Made by a program: the position numbers and the translations under genes
The notes under the pieces: model-generated
Told to the model about the DNA's origin: nothing
Database searches by the model: none
Seen by the model: only the letters and a program-made list of their open reading frames with translations
Shown here: piece by piece, positions 39,100 through 52,185 of the stretch
How the letters are laid out: every line of letters starts with the position of its first letter
Numbering within the stretch: position 1 is the first letter of the stretch
NCBI RefSeq assembly: GCF_963921235.1
Contig: NC_086109.1
Span: 26,104,001-26,164,000 of the forward strand
DNA: 60,000 nucleotides
Direction of reading: 5' to 3'
From: Mobula hypostoma
Taxonomy: Eukaryota

Positions 39100-39385
39100 T
39101 TAAGGTAGCATAGCAGTTAGTGCAGCACATTACATCACCAGATGCAAGATCAAGGTTCAATTCCCACTACTGTCATAAGAAGTGTGCATGTTTTCCCTGT
39201 GATTGCATGGATTTCCTCCAAGTGTTCAGATTTCTTCCCACGTTCTCAAGATGTACAGTTAGGGTGAGTTGTGGGTATGCAATGTTGGCAGCAGAAGCGT
39301 GGAGACATTTGCAGACATCCCCATAATCCTGGCAAATGATGCATTTCACAATGTTTCAGTGTACATGTGACAAATAAAGCTAATA
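39100..39385 (+). mobile_element. V-SINE-like element with a LINE-derived tail
   Basis: B-box-like ggttcaattccc, V-domain-like core, and a gtacatgtgacaaataaagc end. Confidence 0.6.
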
Positions 39386-39424
39386 AAGGATCTAGTGCTC
39401 TCCCAGCATATATGAAGAATACAC

Positions 39425-39876
39425 TCTTCTCAGGCTTCCAGCCAGGTACAGGTATCAATTATGACTGACATTTTGACTATAGTCTCTGCCATCTTCATCA
39501 GGAATTATGTCTGAGCATGTCTAGTCCAGTGGTATTTATAGTCCTGTACTCTGTCTCTCCTGATTGGTTAGTCCTCATCCAATCAGGTTTCCTTTCTCCC
39601 ACCTTGTTTACCATCGAATTCCAGTTCTAAAAGAAAGACTCGTCTGTTAAAATTTTTTTCATCCAGTTTTATTTCAATGGCTTCCTTTACCAGGCGGTCC
39701 CAAAAGCCATTGGCAGAAACCCGATTGGATGAGGACTAAACAATCAGGAAGCACGGACTTTGGGGGTACAAATACCACTGGACGAGACATGCTCAGCCAT
39801 CATCCCTGATGGCGGCGTTTGTTAGCAAAATGTCGGTTATAATCAATACCTGTACCTGGCTGAAAGCCCAAGAGGG
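39425..39876. mobile_element. Second-family Penelope-like remnant with inverted pLTRs
   Basis: 39425-39591 is inverted relative to 39716-39876. The centre encodes, on the minus strand, ANGFWDRLVKEAIEIKLDEKNFNR (GIY-YIG C-terminus). Confidence 0.8.
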
Positions 39877-41020
39877 TTTATTTGAAATCTTTGCATTTAA
39901 AACTAACCGATTATAAAATTGAAAAGTGACATAAGGTGAGCTTGAGATATTAAAACAAAACTTAAGGATTATGAACTTCAAAATATTCTAAGAGAATAGT
40001 TCATGTATATTTAAATATTTTGACAAATTGCAAAGCAATGTGATTTCAGGAAGGTTGTTTGGTAACTAATCAAAAACTTTCCACAATTCATTGGCCCTTA
40101 AATGGCTCAGCTTTGACTTCTGCTGATCACAAAATTATCACTTTATTAATTCTATTGTTTTGGATCTTGGTGTCAAAGGAAAGGCTTTGTCTTCTTCAGT
40201 TTACGAAGACCAGATTTATGTGCAGTTTTTAGATACAAAGCAGCATTTGAGAGAGAGCGCAATGGATTTGACAGCTAGAGAGGTATCTTCTACCGTGTGG
40301 CAACTTGGTTCATTGCCACCTTTATGACTTGTGAAATGTTCTCAGGAACTGAACCCAATATAACCTGATAGAAATACTGCCCGAGACAGGAGATGAGCCA
40401 TATCCTTACACCTGCTATGAAGGATCTTCAATATTGTCTGGACGTAACTTGGATGGGAAGCATGTACCTTTTTCACTTATTAGAAGTACATTTGTTCAGC
40501 CAAGTCAGGAGTATTCCATAATGTTCCTTACTTGTGCTTTAGAGATGGATACACAATGGATGTCAGAATGAGCCACTAATTATAATACCCAGCTTCTAGA
40601 CCATTCACGTGGGTTTCTTGTGCACGAGTACAACATAACATTGGATAGCCTGATGGAACAGCTGTTCATTTTCTGCCTGATGTTCTCCAGAGAATGAGTT
40701 GTCAGCTCAACACAAAAGATCAAGTCTCAAACACAAGTGTACACGTCTTTTGACCTGGATGAGTTTTTCTTCCTCTTCTCCTGTGATAAACAAACTTAAA
40801 CTTCAGTGGTTCAATGGGTAGTGAACACAGACAGAAAAATTGAGAAATATCTGGGCTAGTTCACAGAAATGGCTGTAAGAGAATTTGTAGCAAAAATTCT
40901 TTGCAGTTGAGCTGAAGGATTCAACTCCTTGAGTTTAATGCTCAAGTTCATCTAACTGCCTTTTGAGTGGCATTTTCTTTATTTTTCTTTCCTTTTTTGT
41001 GCATACATTCTACTTGTCAT

Positions 41021-42570
41021 TAAGACCATAAGACATAGGAGCAGAATTAGGCCATTTGGCCCATCAAGTCACTTCTGCCATTCAATCATGGCTGATCCTT
41101 TTTTCCCCTCCTCAGCCTTCTCCCCATAAACCATGATATTGTGTCTAATCAAAAAACTGTCAAGCTCTGCCTTAAATATACTCAATGACCTGGCCTCCAC
41201 AGCTCCCTGTGGTAATAAATTCCACAAACTCGTCACCCTCTGGCTAAAGAAATGGACACCCCTTATCCTGAGGTGTGCCCTCTTGTCCTAGACTCACCCA
41301 CCACGGGCAACATCTCTTCCATATCCACTCTATCCAGCCTTTCAACATTCAATAGTTTTCAGTGAGTTCCTCCCCACCCCATCCTAAATTCCACAACTAC
41401 CAAACATGATAACCCTTTCATTCCTGGAATCACTGTGAAGCTCATCTGAACCCTCTCCAATGCCAGCACATCTTTGATGAGGAGTCCAAAACTGTTCACA
41501 ATACTCAAGGTGAGGCCTCAGCAGTGCCTTATGAAGACTCAGCATCATATCCCTACTCTTGTATTCTAGACCTCTTGAAATGAATGCTAACATTGCATTT
41601 GCTTTCCTCAACAGCAACTGAACTTGCAAGTTAATTTTTAGGGTATTCTGCACAAGGACTCCGAAGTCCCTTTGCATCTCAGATTCTTGGATTTTCTCCC
41701 CATTTAGAAAGTAGTCTGCACATTTATTTCTACTACCAACGTGCATGACCAAGCATATTTTCAACGTTGCATTTCATTTGCCACTCTCTTCCCATTCTCC
41801 TAATCTATCCAAGTCCCTCTGCAGCCTATCCATTTCCTCAACACTACCTGCCCCTCCACCAATCTTCATATCATCTGCAAACTTGGCAGCAAAGATATCT
41901 ATTCCATCATCTAAATCATTGATATACAGCATAAAAAGTGGTCCCAACACCAAACCCCCACGGAACACCATGAGTCACTGCTAGCCAACCAGAAAAGAAT
42001 CCTTTTATTCCCACTCACTGCCTCCTACCATTTAGACAATGCTCTAACCATGCTAGTAACTTGGTAAGCAGCCTCATGTGTGGCACCTTGTCAAAGGCCT
42101 TCTGAAAGCAAATACACAACATCCACTACATCCCCTTTATCTATCCTAAAGATCTCCTCAAAGAATTCCAACAGGTTTGTCATGCAAGAATTCCCCTTAA
42201 GGAAAGCATACTGACTTTGTCCCATCTTTTCCTGTGTCACCAAGTACTCCATAACCTCATCCTTAACAACTGACCCCAACATCTTCCCAACCACTGAAGT
42301 CAAGCTAACAGGTCTATAATTTCCTTTCTGCTGCCTCCCTCCTTTCTTAGAGTGGAATGACATTTGCAATTTTCCAGTCCTCTGGCACTATGCCAGAGTC
42401 CAATGATTTTTGAAAGATCATTACTAATGCCTCTACAATCTCTAGTGCTCTTTCAGAACCCTAGGGGGCAATTCATCTGGTCTGGGTGACTTGCGTCCTT
42501 CAGCTTTTTGCACACCTTCTCCCTTGTAATAGTAACTGCACTCACCTCTCTCCCCTCATACCTTCCAACA
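41021..42570 (-). mobile_element. Degenerate CR1 LINE (RT region to 3' end)
   Basis: ORFs 41384..41764, 41774..41971 (KFADD) and 42091..42369 ([10 protein letters not shown]). Tail at 41021-41040. Confidence 0.92.
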
Positions 42571-43710
42571 GCTGGTTTAATATTGATTTTATAAAAAAGT
42601 GATAGTTCACCACTCCAAACGATCCAAATGACAATAGTTAGAAGTTTATTATTAATCAACCAGAGATCATCTAAAGCCTTGACAGGAGAGATCCATCCGT
42701 AACCACAGCTCATTGGCAGCAGAGCCCTCCATATCTCTAGCCAGACCACTGCAGCAAATCTCAGGTAATTAATACAACCCACCAGAAGCCCTGGGTGAAA
42801 TTAATCAACCCCAAGTAATAATGCACACTACTTCATTACAACTTTGCCTATCAGGCGAGAGAAAGAGGATTCAATTTCATGAAGATGAGTTTTTAATAAG
42901 TTCTATCAATAATGCAAGGCAACCACAGCTTAATGAGGTGCAAACAGCTGCTAAACAGCCAAAAATAGCCAGCCCACTTAAAACCGCCTAAGCTGCAACC
43001 TTTAATTCATGTAGACAGTAATGTAACAAGGCTAGCACTTCTTCACACACAAGCAGCTGTCTGAGTTTAGCAGGTCAATACAAAGTAATGAGGATTGTAT
43101 CAATTAGTTGGCAGACCAGACTGAAGTTCACTGCTAAAACTGTTGCAATAAAAGGTCGTGGGAAGGATAGGGTTAGCTCAACTTACTTGTGTTTTTGCCC
43201 TTCCCTTTATTTTATGAAAATTTCAGAATTATACCTTTTGGCTTTGTGCACTATAACAATTTGAAGAGCAAAGGAGGAGTTTTCTCTGGAGTCTTAGCTA
43301 ATTATTTATCTTTCAACTAATATCACACTAAATTGTCTCGTCTCATTGCTGTATGTAGGACAATTTAAATGAAAATTACCAGTGCCAGGAACGACGGCTT
43401 AACAATCAGCAAAAAAAAAACAAATGGGAAGGAGTAAGGTTTTCAATGTATATTGATTAATTATGGTGCAAAATTTCCTACTGAGGCAAAGACCTCGTTG
43501 AAAGAAATAAAGCTGCTTGCTAAGTCAGAAGTGAGGAGTAACAGGAAAGATTTTTCAGTAAAGGGCTAAACAAACATTGGACCCAGGAAGAGAATGGAGA
43601 TGGTGGGGGGGGGGGGGGAAGAGACGACTTCAAGTGGAAAGCAGTTCAAGCTAACTTATAGCATCTCATTTTGATGACTTGGGGCTTAGGTTAAGAACTG
43701 GGATCGCAAT

Positions 43711-44640
43711 TTAGATAGATACTTTATTGATTCCAAAGGAAATCAGTGTCACAGTAGCATTAGAAGTGCACAGATATCAGCATTAGGAGAGAAGTAGAAA
43801 GAAAAAAAAAGTTATTACAAGCAGTCTAACGGAGGGGTTATCACTTCCCCGGCTATAGGTTGACTTATTATCGAGCCGAGAGGAAGAATGATCTCGCACA
43901 GCACTCTTTGGAGCAACGCAGTTGTCTTAGTCTATTACTAAAAGTGCTCCTCTGCCCAGCCAAGGTGGTATTGTCCAGAATTGCCAGGATTTTCTGTAGG
44001 GTCCTTTGTTCTACCACAGCCTCCAGTATGTCCAGTTTGACTCCTATACAGAACCAGCCTTTCTAATCAGTTTACTAAGCCTGTTGGCATCACCCTTGAT
44101 GTCATTAGCCCAGTACAGTGAAGATTGTACTGCTGACAACCAACTGGTAGAACATGTAAAGGAGAGGGCTGCATTCTCCAAAGGACCTCAGTCTCTTCAG
44201 GAAGTAGAAGTGACTCTGTTCCTTCTTGTACACAGCCTCTGTGCTGGTGTTCCACTCAAGTCTGTCATCCAGGTGCACCCCCAAGTACTTGTAGATCCTC
44301 ACCACATTCACACACTCACCATTAATAGTACCAGGGAGCAATGCAAGCTTAGTCTTCCCTTTCTCATACTGATGTTGAGCTGCACATGATTCAGCTTGCA
44401 CCATTTGACGAAGTCCTCCATGAAGGCCCTGTATTCATCCTCCCGTATAGAACCAACTATTGTTGAGTCAGAGAATTTCTACAGATGAAATGACTTAGTG
44501 TTGTATCTAAAGTCTGAGGCATACATGGTAAATGGGAAGGAAGCCAATACGGTCCCATGAGGCCCCAGTACGCTTACAGCCAAGTCTGATACACACCTCT
44601 GAAGCACCATAGTGCTGGTCAGAAAGACCATTATCCAGGA
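43711..44640 (-). mobile_element. Degenerate Rex1-type LINE
   Basis: ORF 44105..44404 (YKYLGVHLDDRLEW...YFLKRLRSF). aataaa plus a (tcta)n tail at about 43712-43728. Confidence 0.85.
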
Positions 44641-45506
44641 TACAATTCACAGCGATGGTCAATTGTTCTGGTGCAATCTACATTTCTTCCATTGAGGCTA
44701 AAGGAGGGTTCTGTGCATAATTCTGGGAACTATATTTTAGGGAAGATGTCGAGGTTTAAAAAGATGCAGAAGGAATTGATTAGAAACTTCAGTTATCTGG
44801 ATGGACTGTAGAGCTGGACCTGTCCTCCTTGGAACAGGAAGTTGTCAGAGAACCCAACAGGGTTTCCAGACAGAAAGCATTCACATCAGAAAAGTCAAGA
44901 TCCTCACAAACTGACTTCTCATGGGTCAGGATAAAGCACGGATAATCAAGAATTTATACAATAACGAACTACACAAAAAATATTACGAAGTGCTGAAAAT
45001 ACTCAGGTCAAGCAACAAGTATGGAGAAACCAAATTTTCTAGGTCATGGCTTTCAAAGAACTACTAAGTTGTTCCAGTATCTTGCTTAAATATCATTTTT
45101 CCATTATTTTAAATTTCTTTTGCTTTTTGAAAATAACGATTGAAGTTCTTAATTTGACAGCAAGATATTAAAAAAAGCTCAAAATTCAACATGGCCTTTG
45201 AATAATATTATGAGTAATTAAACTTCCTGCCAGTATTCATTGTTATACTGTAGCAGTTTAATAACAGTAATTGATTAACACAGGCACCTCTAATATACAA
45301 AGGGCACTGAGATTTAGGGGACACCAAAAAAAGATTACAGAAGTGCAATTTCTCTGGCTTGAGTGCTTTTTTTTAAAAAAAAACAGTGAGTCTTACTTCA
45401 GTGGTTGGTAAGTTGATGGAGAAGATCCTGAGAGGCAGGATTTATGACCATTTGGAGAGCATAATATGATTAAGAATAGTCAGCATGGCTTTGTGAAAGG
45501 CGGGTC

Positions 45507-46197
45507 CATATCTCGGGTAATGATGAGTTTGAGTACAGAGAAGGTATCACAAATGACCTGACTTGGTCAAACCAAGCAGCGTCCACTACCAAGAAGGCCC
45601 ACCAGCATCTGTACTTCCTGAGAAAGCTAAAGAAATTTGGCTTGTCCCCTAAAACCCTCACTAATTTTTATAGATGCACCGTAGAAAGCATTCTTCTAGG
45701 GTGCATCACAACCTGGTATGGAAGTTGTCCTGTCCAAAACCAGAAGCTGCAGAAGATCGTGAACACAGCCCAGCACATCACACAAACCAATCTTGTGTCC
45801 TTGGACTCACTACACTGCACGCTGTCAGAGCAGTGCTGCCAGGATAATCAAGGACACGACCCACCCAGCCAACACACTTTTCGTCCCTCTTCCCTCCGGG
45901 AGAAGGTTCAGGAGCTTGAAGACTCGTACGGCCAGATTTGGGAACAGCTTCTTTCCAACTGTGATAAGACTGCTGAACGGATCCTGACCCGGATCTGGGC
46001 CATACCCTCCAAATATCCGGACCTACCTCTCAGTTTTATTTTTGCACTACCCTACTTTCCCTTTTCTATTTTCTATTTATGATTTATAATTTAAATTTTT
46101 AATATTTACTATCAATTTGTAATCCAGGGAGTGTGAAGCGCAGAATCAAATATCACTATGATTGTACGCTCCAGTATCAATGGTCTGGTGACAGTAA
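45507..46197 (+). mobile_element. Rex1/L2-type LINE 3' fragment nested in CR1
   Basis: ORFs 45642..46082 and 45793..45987 (LTNFYRCTVESIL, PLPSGRRFRS, NSFFPTVIRLLN). Confidence 0.88.
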
Positions 46198-46712
46198 AGG
46201 TCATGCCTTACGAACCTGGTTCAATTTTTTGAGGATGTGACTAAACACATTGATGATGGTAGAGCAGCAGATGTAGTGTATATGGATTTCAGCAAGGCAT
46301 ATGACAAGGTACCCCATGCAAGGCTTATTGAAAAAGTAAGGAGGTATGGGATCCAAAGGGAAATTGCTTTGTGGATCCAGAACTGGCTTGCCCACAGAAG
46401 GCAAAGAGTGGTTGTAGACGAGTCACATTCTGCATGGAGGCCGGTGACCAGTGGAGTGCCTCAGGGATCTGTTCTGGGACCCCTACTCTTCGTGATTTTT
46501 ATAAATGACCTGGATGAGGAAGTGGAGGGATGGGTTAATAAAGTTGCTGATGACACAAAGGTTGGGGGTGTTGTGGATAGAGTGGAGGGCTGTCAGAGGT
46601 TACAGCGGGACATTGATAGAATGCGAAACTGGGCTCAGGAGTGGCAGATGGAGTTCAACCCAGGTAAGTGTGAGGTGGTTCATTTTGGTAGGTCAAATAT
46701 GATGGCAGAATA

Positions 46713-48321
46713 CAGTGGCAGGCAAAAGTTTTGGCAACCCTGGTCAAAATTTCTGTTACTGTGAATAGTTGAGTAGAAGATGAACTGATTTCCAAAAGTC
46801 AAAGTTAAAGATGAAACATTCTTTTCAACATTTCAAGCAAGATTAGTGTATTATTTTTGTTTTGTACAATTTTAGAGTGGAAAAAAAGGAAAGGAGCACC
46901 ATGCAAAAGTTTGGGCACCCCAAGAGATGTGAGCTCTCAGATAACTTTTACCAAGATCTCAGACCTTAAATAGCTTGTTAGGGTTGTGGCTTGTTCACAA
47001 TCATCGTTAGTAAAGGCCAGGTGATGCAAATTTCAAAGCTTTATAAATATCCTCACTCCTCAAACCTTGTCCCAACAATCAGCAGCTATGGGCTCTTCTA
47101 AGCAGCTGCCTACCACTCTGAAAATTAAAATAAATGATGCCCACAAAGCAGCAGAAGGCTCTAAGAAGATAGCAAAGCATTTTCAGGTAGCCGTTCCCTC
47201 AGTTCGTAATGTAATTAAGAAATGGCAGTTAACAGGAACGGTGGAGGTCAAGTTGAGGTCTGGAAGATCAAGAAAACTTTCTGAGAGAACTGCTCGTAGG
47301 ATTGTTAGAAAGGCAAATCAAAACCCCCATTTGACTGCAAAATACCTTCAGGAAGATTTAGCAGACTCTGGAGTGGTGGCACACTGTTCTACTGTGCAGA
47401 GACACCTGCACAAACATGACCTTCATGGAAGAGTCATCAGAAGAAAACCTTTTCTGCGTCCTCACCACAAAATTCAGCATCAGAAGTTTGCAAAGGAGCA
47501 TCTAAACAAGCCTGATGCATTTTGGAAACAAGTCCTGTGGACTGATGAAGTTAAAATAGAACTTTTTGGCCACAATGAGCAAAGGTATGTTTGGAGAAAA
47601 AAAGGGTGCAGAATTTCATGAGAAGAACACCTCTCCAACTGTTAAGCACAGGGGTGGATCAATCATGCTTTGGGCTTGTGTTGCAGCCAGTGGCACGGGG
47701 AACATTTCACTGGTAGAGGGAAGAATGAATTCAATTAAATACCAGCAAATTCTGAAAGCAAACATCACACCATCTGTAAAAAAGCTGAAGATGAAAAGAG
47801 GATGGCTTCTACAACAGGATAATGATCCTAAACACACCTCAAAATCCACAATGGACTACCTCAAGAGGTGCAAGCTGAAGGTTTTGCCATGGCTCTCACA
47901 GTCCCCCGACCTAAACATCATCGAGAATCCATGGATAGACCTCAGAAGAGCAGTGCATGCAAGACAGCCCCAGAATCTCAGAACTAGAAGCCTTTTGCAA
48001 GGAAGAATGGGTGAAAATCCCCCAAACAAGAATTGAAAGACTCTTAGCTGACTACAGAGAGTGTTTACAAGCTGTGATACTTGCCAAAGGGGGTGTTACT
48101 AAGTACTGATCATGCAGAGTGCCCAAACTTTTGCATCAGGCCCTTTTCCTTTTTATTTTGAAACTAAAAGATGGAAATAAAAAAGTAACCTTGCTTAAAA
48201 TATTAAAGAAGTGTGTCATTTTTAACTTTATGCCTTTTGGAAATCAGGTCATCTTTTACTCGCTTTGCTATTTACAGTAACAGAAATTTTGACGAGGGGT
48301 GCCCAAACTTACATGCCACTG
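46713..48321 (+). mobile_element. Full-length Tc1 transposon (IR/DR type, DD34E)
   Basis: TA TSD with CAGTGGCA...TGCCACTG ends. About 210-bp TIRs with inner direct repeats (near 46901-46920 and 48111-48136). Confidence 0.96.
47088..48109 (+). pseudogene. Tc1 transposase with two frameshifts
   Basis: MGSSKQL start, WTDE, QQDND and DLNIIE motifs with 34 residues between D and E. Frameshifts at an A-run near 47600 and near 47980. Confidence 0.92.
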
Positions 48322-49577
48322 TATAGCATTAATGGCAAGACTCTTGGCAGTATGGAGAATCAGAAGGATCTTAGGGTCCGAGTCCATAGAACACTCAAAG
48401 CTGTTACACAGATTGACTCTGTGCTTAAGGCGGCATACGGAGCATTGGCCTTCATCAATCGTGGGATTGAGTTTAAGAGCTGAGAAGTAATGTTGCGGCT
48501 ATATAGGACCCTCTTAGCGTACTGTGCTTAATTCTGGTTGCCTTACTACAGGAAAGATGTGGAAACCACAGAAAGGGTGCAGAGGAAGAGATTTACAAGG
48601 ATGTTGCCTGGATCGGGGAGCATGCCTTATGAGAATAGGTTGAGTGAACTCTGCCTTTTCTCCTTGGAGCGATGGTGGATGAGAGGTGACCTGATAGAGA
48701 TGTATAAGATTATGAGAGGCATTGATCATGTGGATAGTCAGGCTTTTTCCCAGGGCTAAAATGGCTAGCATGAGAGGGCATAGTTTTAAGGTGCTTGGAA
48801 GTAGGTACAGAGGAAATGTCGAGGTAAGTTGTTTTTATTTGCATAAACGCAGAGCGCGGTGAGTGCGTGGAATGGGCTGCTGGCGGAGGCGGAAATGATA
48901 GGGTATTTTAAGAGACTCCTGGATGGATACATGGAGCTTAGAAAAATAGAGGGCTATGGGTAAGCCTAGGTAGTTTGAAGGTAAGGGCATGTTCAGCACA
49001 GCTTTGTCGGCTGAAGGGCCTGTATTGTGTTGTAGGTTTTCTATGTTTTTAAAAACAAATCGGTTCAACATTTTCAAAATACTTCAACTATTAAATATTA
49101 GGGAACATATATTATTCAATAATCATACAATACTTCTTCAAAAGAATTCAATGATCAACTTATCATGACAATTCTAAAACCACAATTTTATTAATATCAT
49201 AGTTACACAGCATAGATCAACTCACCCATGCCAACCATGAACTAATCCCATTTGCACTATATTCTTCCAAACCTTCCGCATTGATGTGTACTGCTTCCAA
49301 ACGAGTACATATTATTTTTAGTAATATCCCATTACAGTCCAAAGAGAAATCACATTTTGTTTCGATTTTAATCATAAAAAAGACAAGATCCATCTACTTC
49401 AGTGGAATCAGGAGGATCTTTACATCTCAAATTAAAATAAGTTTAAAATTTTCAAAATCCACAAGTATTGATTGTATTCACGTACTGACAATAATATACA
49501 CCTTGTTGCAACTTAGAATTCAAGTTCAATTATACTCTGCCACTTTGCCTCATTAATGAGTTTTGAACAGAAATATA

Positions 49578-50479
49578 CAGTTGGCTCTCCTTATCTGCGA
49601 GGGATTGGTTCCAGGACTCCTCGCGGATACTAAAAAACGCGGATGCTCAAGTCCCTTATTCAACCTGTCTCAATATGGTGGACCTTAGGACCCAGTGGAA
49701 CCCCGGACCTTATTTAACCTTTCTCAGTGCGGTGGACATTAGGACCCTGCGGCGAAGCTCTGAATCCGCAGTGTTTCTGTTCACGAAAATAATCACGATT
49801 TAAAATAAAGTGGAAATAATAAAGCCATCAGAAAGAGGTGAAACGCCATTGGTCACTGGAAAAGCATTAGGCTACAGTCGGTCAACGATCAGAACAATTT
49901 TAAAGGATGAAATGAGAAAGGCCCTGCCCGATTAAAGCAACAATTATTACGCAGCAATGCATTGGTTTAATTATCCGGTTTTGGGTTTTTGATTCTCCAC
50001 ATCAACCCGGCAGGGATGGACAGCGTGCTCGGGAGCGATCTGTCACTGGATCAAACTCGGGAAGTTCCATTCCCGAGCCCGGCGCTGAAACACATGTTTC
50101 TTAAGTATTTTATATGCATAGAAAGGTAAAATATATACTAAGACAAATGTTTGACTAACTGACACTAAATAATATCAGATGTACCTGTTCCGACTTACTT
50201 AGTAAGAGAACTTCCGGTTTTTTTTCCAATCCCGATCCACGATAACCTACGCACATCCTCCCATATACTTTAAATCATCTCTAGATTACTTATAATACCT
50301 AATACAATGTAAATGCTATGTAAAATAGTTGTAATACTGCATTGTTTAGGGAATAATGACAAGAAAAAAAGTCTGTACATGTTCAAACAACAAGTGCTGG
50401 AAGAGCACTTCCGGGTTTTCTCGATTCGCGGTTGGTTGAATTCGCGCACACAGAACTCGCGGATAAGGAGGGCCAACTG
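49578..50479 (+). mobile_element. Non-autonomous Tigger/pogo element, MER2-like
   Basis: TA TSD. TIRs CAGTTGGCTCTCCTTATCTGCGAG and CTCGCGGATAAGGAGGGCCAACTG. HTH remnant NKVEIIK..ERGETP..GKALGYSRSTIRTILKD at about 49790-49910. Confidence 0.9.
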
Positions 50480-50699
50480 TACGTTGCTAAAATGCAGATA
50501 GATATTTGGAAGTAATGACTTAGTTGCATTCTGAACCCAGTCAGACAGTGGGTTCAAATCCCACTTGGTGGAGGTGCACCAAATGTTGACTGGGATATAG
50601 TAGCAAGAGAGAAGAAATTTAGTAATCAGTACAGCCAGGGGCACAGAGCAGTGAGAGGAAGGAATATTCAGTTGCATCTATCTGGCATGGGAGCAGTCA

Positions 50700-51168
50700 A
50701 GCATCGCACCGGAAGTCCCTACAAAGGACCGAGAAAATAGCTGAGAGGATCATAGGGGTCTCCCTACCATCCATTGGGGACATTTATCAGGAGTGCTGCA
50801 TATGCTGGGCCCTTAGTATTAAGAGTCCCACCCATCTAGCATCCTTTCTGACATTCAGCCATCAGGCAGGAGACTATGATCTACAAACACAAAAATAGTC
50901 AGGATGAGAAAGTTCCTTCACCGAGGCCATTAGGCTTCTGAACTTCCAACTTCATATTCGAAGTATTTAATATTAATGCTTAATATTATTTATGTTATTT
51001 ATGTGTGATTCATCTGTTGATTTTACCCTTACTTTCATAAGTTATTGTATTTTATGTGTTATGAGTACGACTGCGCTTCACACCCTAGTTCGGAGAATCG
51101 CCTCATATCCATACAAGTTTATATGGTTAAATACATTATATACATGTATATAGTTAAATGACAATAAA
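50700..51168 (+). mobile_element. Degenerate Rex1/L2-type 3' fragment
   Basis: Remnants AERIIGVSLPSI, PSGRR and AIRLLN, ending in gacaataaa. Confidence 0.65.
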
Positions 51169-52185
51169 CATAGTCATAGTCATACTTTATTGATCCCGGA
51201 GGAAATTAGTTTTCATTACAGTTGCACCATAATAATAAATAGTAATAGAACCATAAATAGTTAAATAGTAATATGTAAATTATGCCAGTAAATTATGAAG
51301 TCAGTCCAGGACCAGCGTATCGGCTCAGGGTGTCTGACCCTCCAAGGGAGGAGTTGTAAAGTTTGATGGCCACAGGCAGGAATGACTTCCTATGACGCTC
51401 TGTGTTGCATCTCGGAGGAATGAGTCTCTGGCTGAATGTACTCCTGTGCCCACCCAGTACATTATGTAGTGGATGGGAGACATTGACCAAGATGGCATGC
51501 AACTTAGACAGCATCCTCTTTTCAGACACCACCGTCAGAGAGTCCAGTTCCATCCCCACAACATCACTGGCCTTACGAATGAGTTTGTTGATTCTGTTGG
51601 TGTCTGCTACCCTCAGCCTGCTGCCCCAGCACACAACAGCAAACATGATCACACTGGCCACCACAGAATTGTAGAACATCCTCAGCATCGTCCGGCAGAT
51701 GTTAAAGGACCTCAGTCTTCTCAGGAAATAGAGACGGCTCTGACCCTTCTTGTAGACAGCCTCAGTGTTCTTTGACCAGTCCAGTTTATTGTCAATTCGT
51801 ATCCCCAGGTATCTGTAATCCTCCACCATGTCCACACTGACCCCCTGGATGGAAACAGGGGTCACCGGTACCTTAGCTCTCCTCAGGTCTACCACCAGCT
51901 CCTTAGTCTTTTTCACATTAAGCTGCAGATAATTCTGCTCACACCATGTGACAAAGTTTCCTACCGTAGCCCTGTACTCAACCTCATCTCCCTTGCGGAT
52001 GCATCGAACTATGGCAGAGTCAGCAGAAAACTTCTGAAGATGACAAGACTCTGTGCAGTAGTTGAAGTCCAAGGTGCAAATGGTGAAGAGAAAGGGAGAC
52101 AAGACAGTCCCCTGTGGAGCCCCAGTGCTGCTGATCACTCTGTCGGACACACAGTGTTGCAAGCACACGTACTGTGGTCTGCCAT
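51169..52185 (-). mobile_element. Young 5'-truncated Rex1-type LINE with an uninterrupted 291-codon RT C-terminal ORF
   Basis: ORF 51293..52168 (GAPQGTVLSPFLF, CHLQKFSADS, YRYLG). aataaa plus a (tgacta)n tail. Confidence 0.93.

Larger units (their letters stand above)
45385..49047 (+). mobile_element. CR1 LINE interrupted by a Rex1-type LINE and by a Tc1
   Basis: RT ORF 46237..46764. The host resumes at 48322 and ends in ttttctatgtt. Confidence 0.9.

Noticed and set aside
40754..40783. Purine-rich possible micro-exon after tttatcacag
   Set aside because: The donor (gtcaaa) is poor and the peptide does not resemble SRPK exon 2.
43181..43215. gtaagt donor preceded by Lys-rich sequence
   Set aside because: No acceptor or start codon, and no match to the expected exon 2.
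51293..52168. 291-aa intact ORF as a possible domesticated gene
   Set aside because: It is a 5'-truncated Rex1-type RT with a LINE tail and a mutated catalytic motif (FSADS). Youth explains the open frame.
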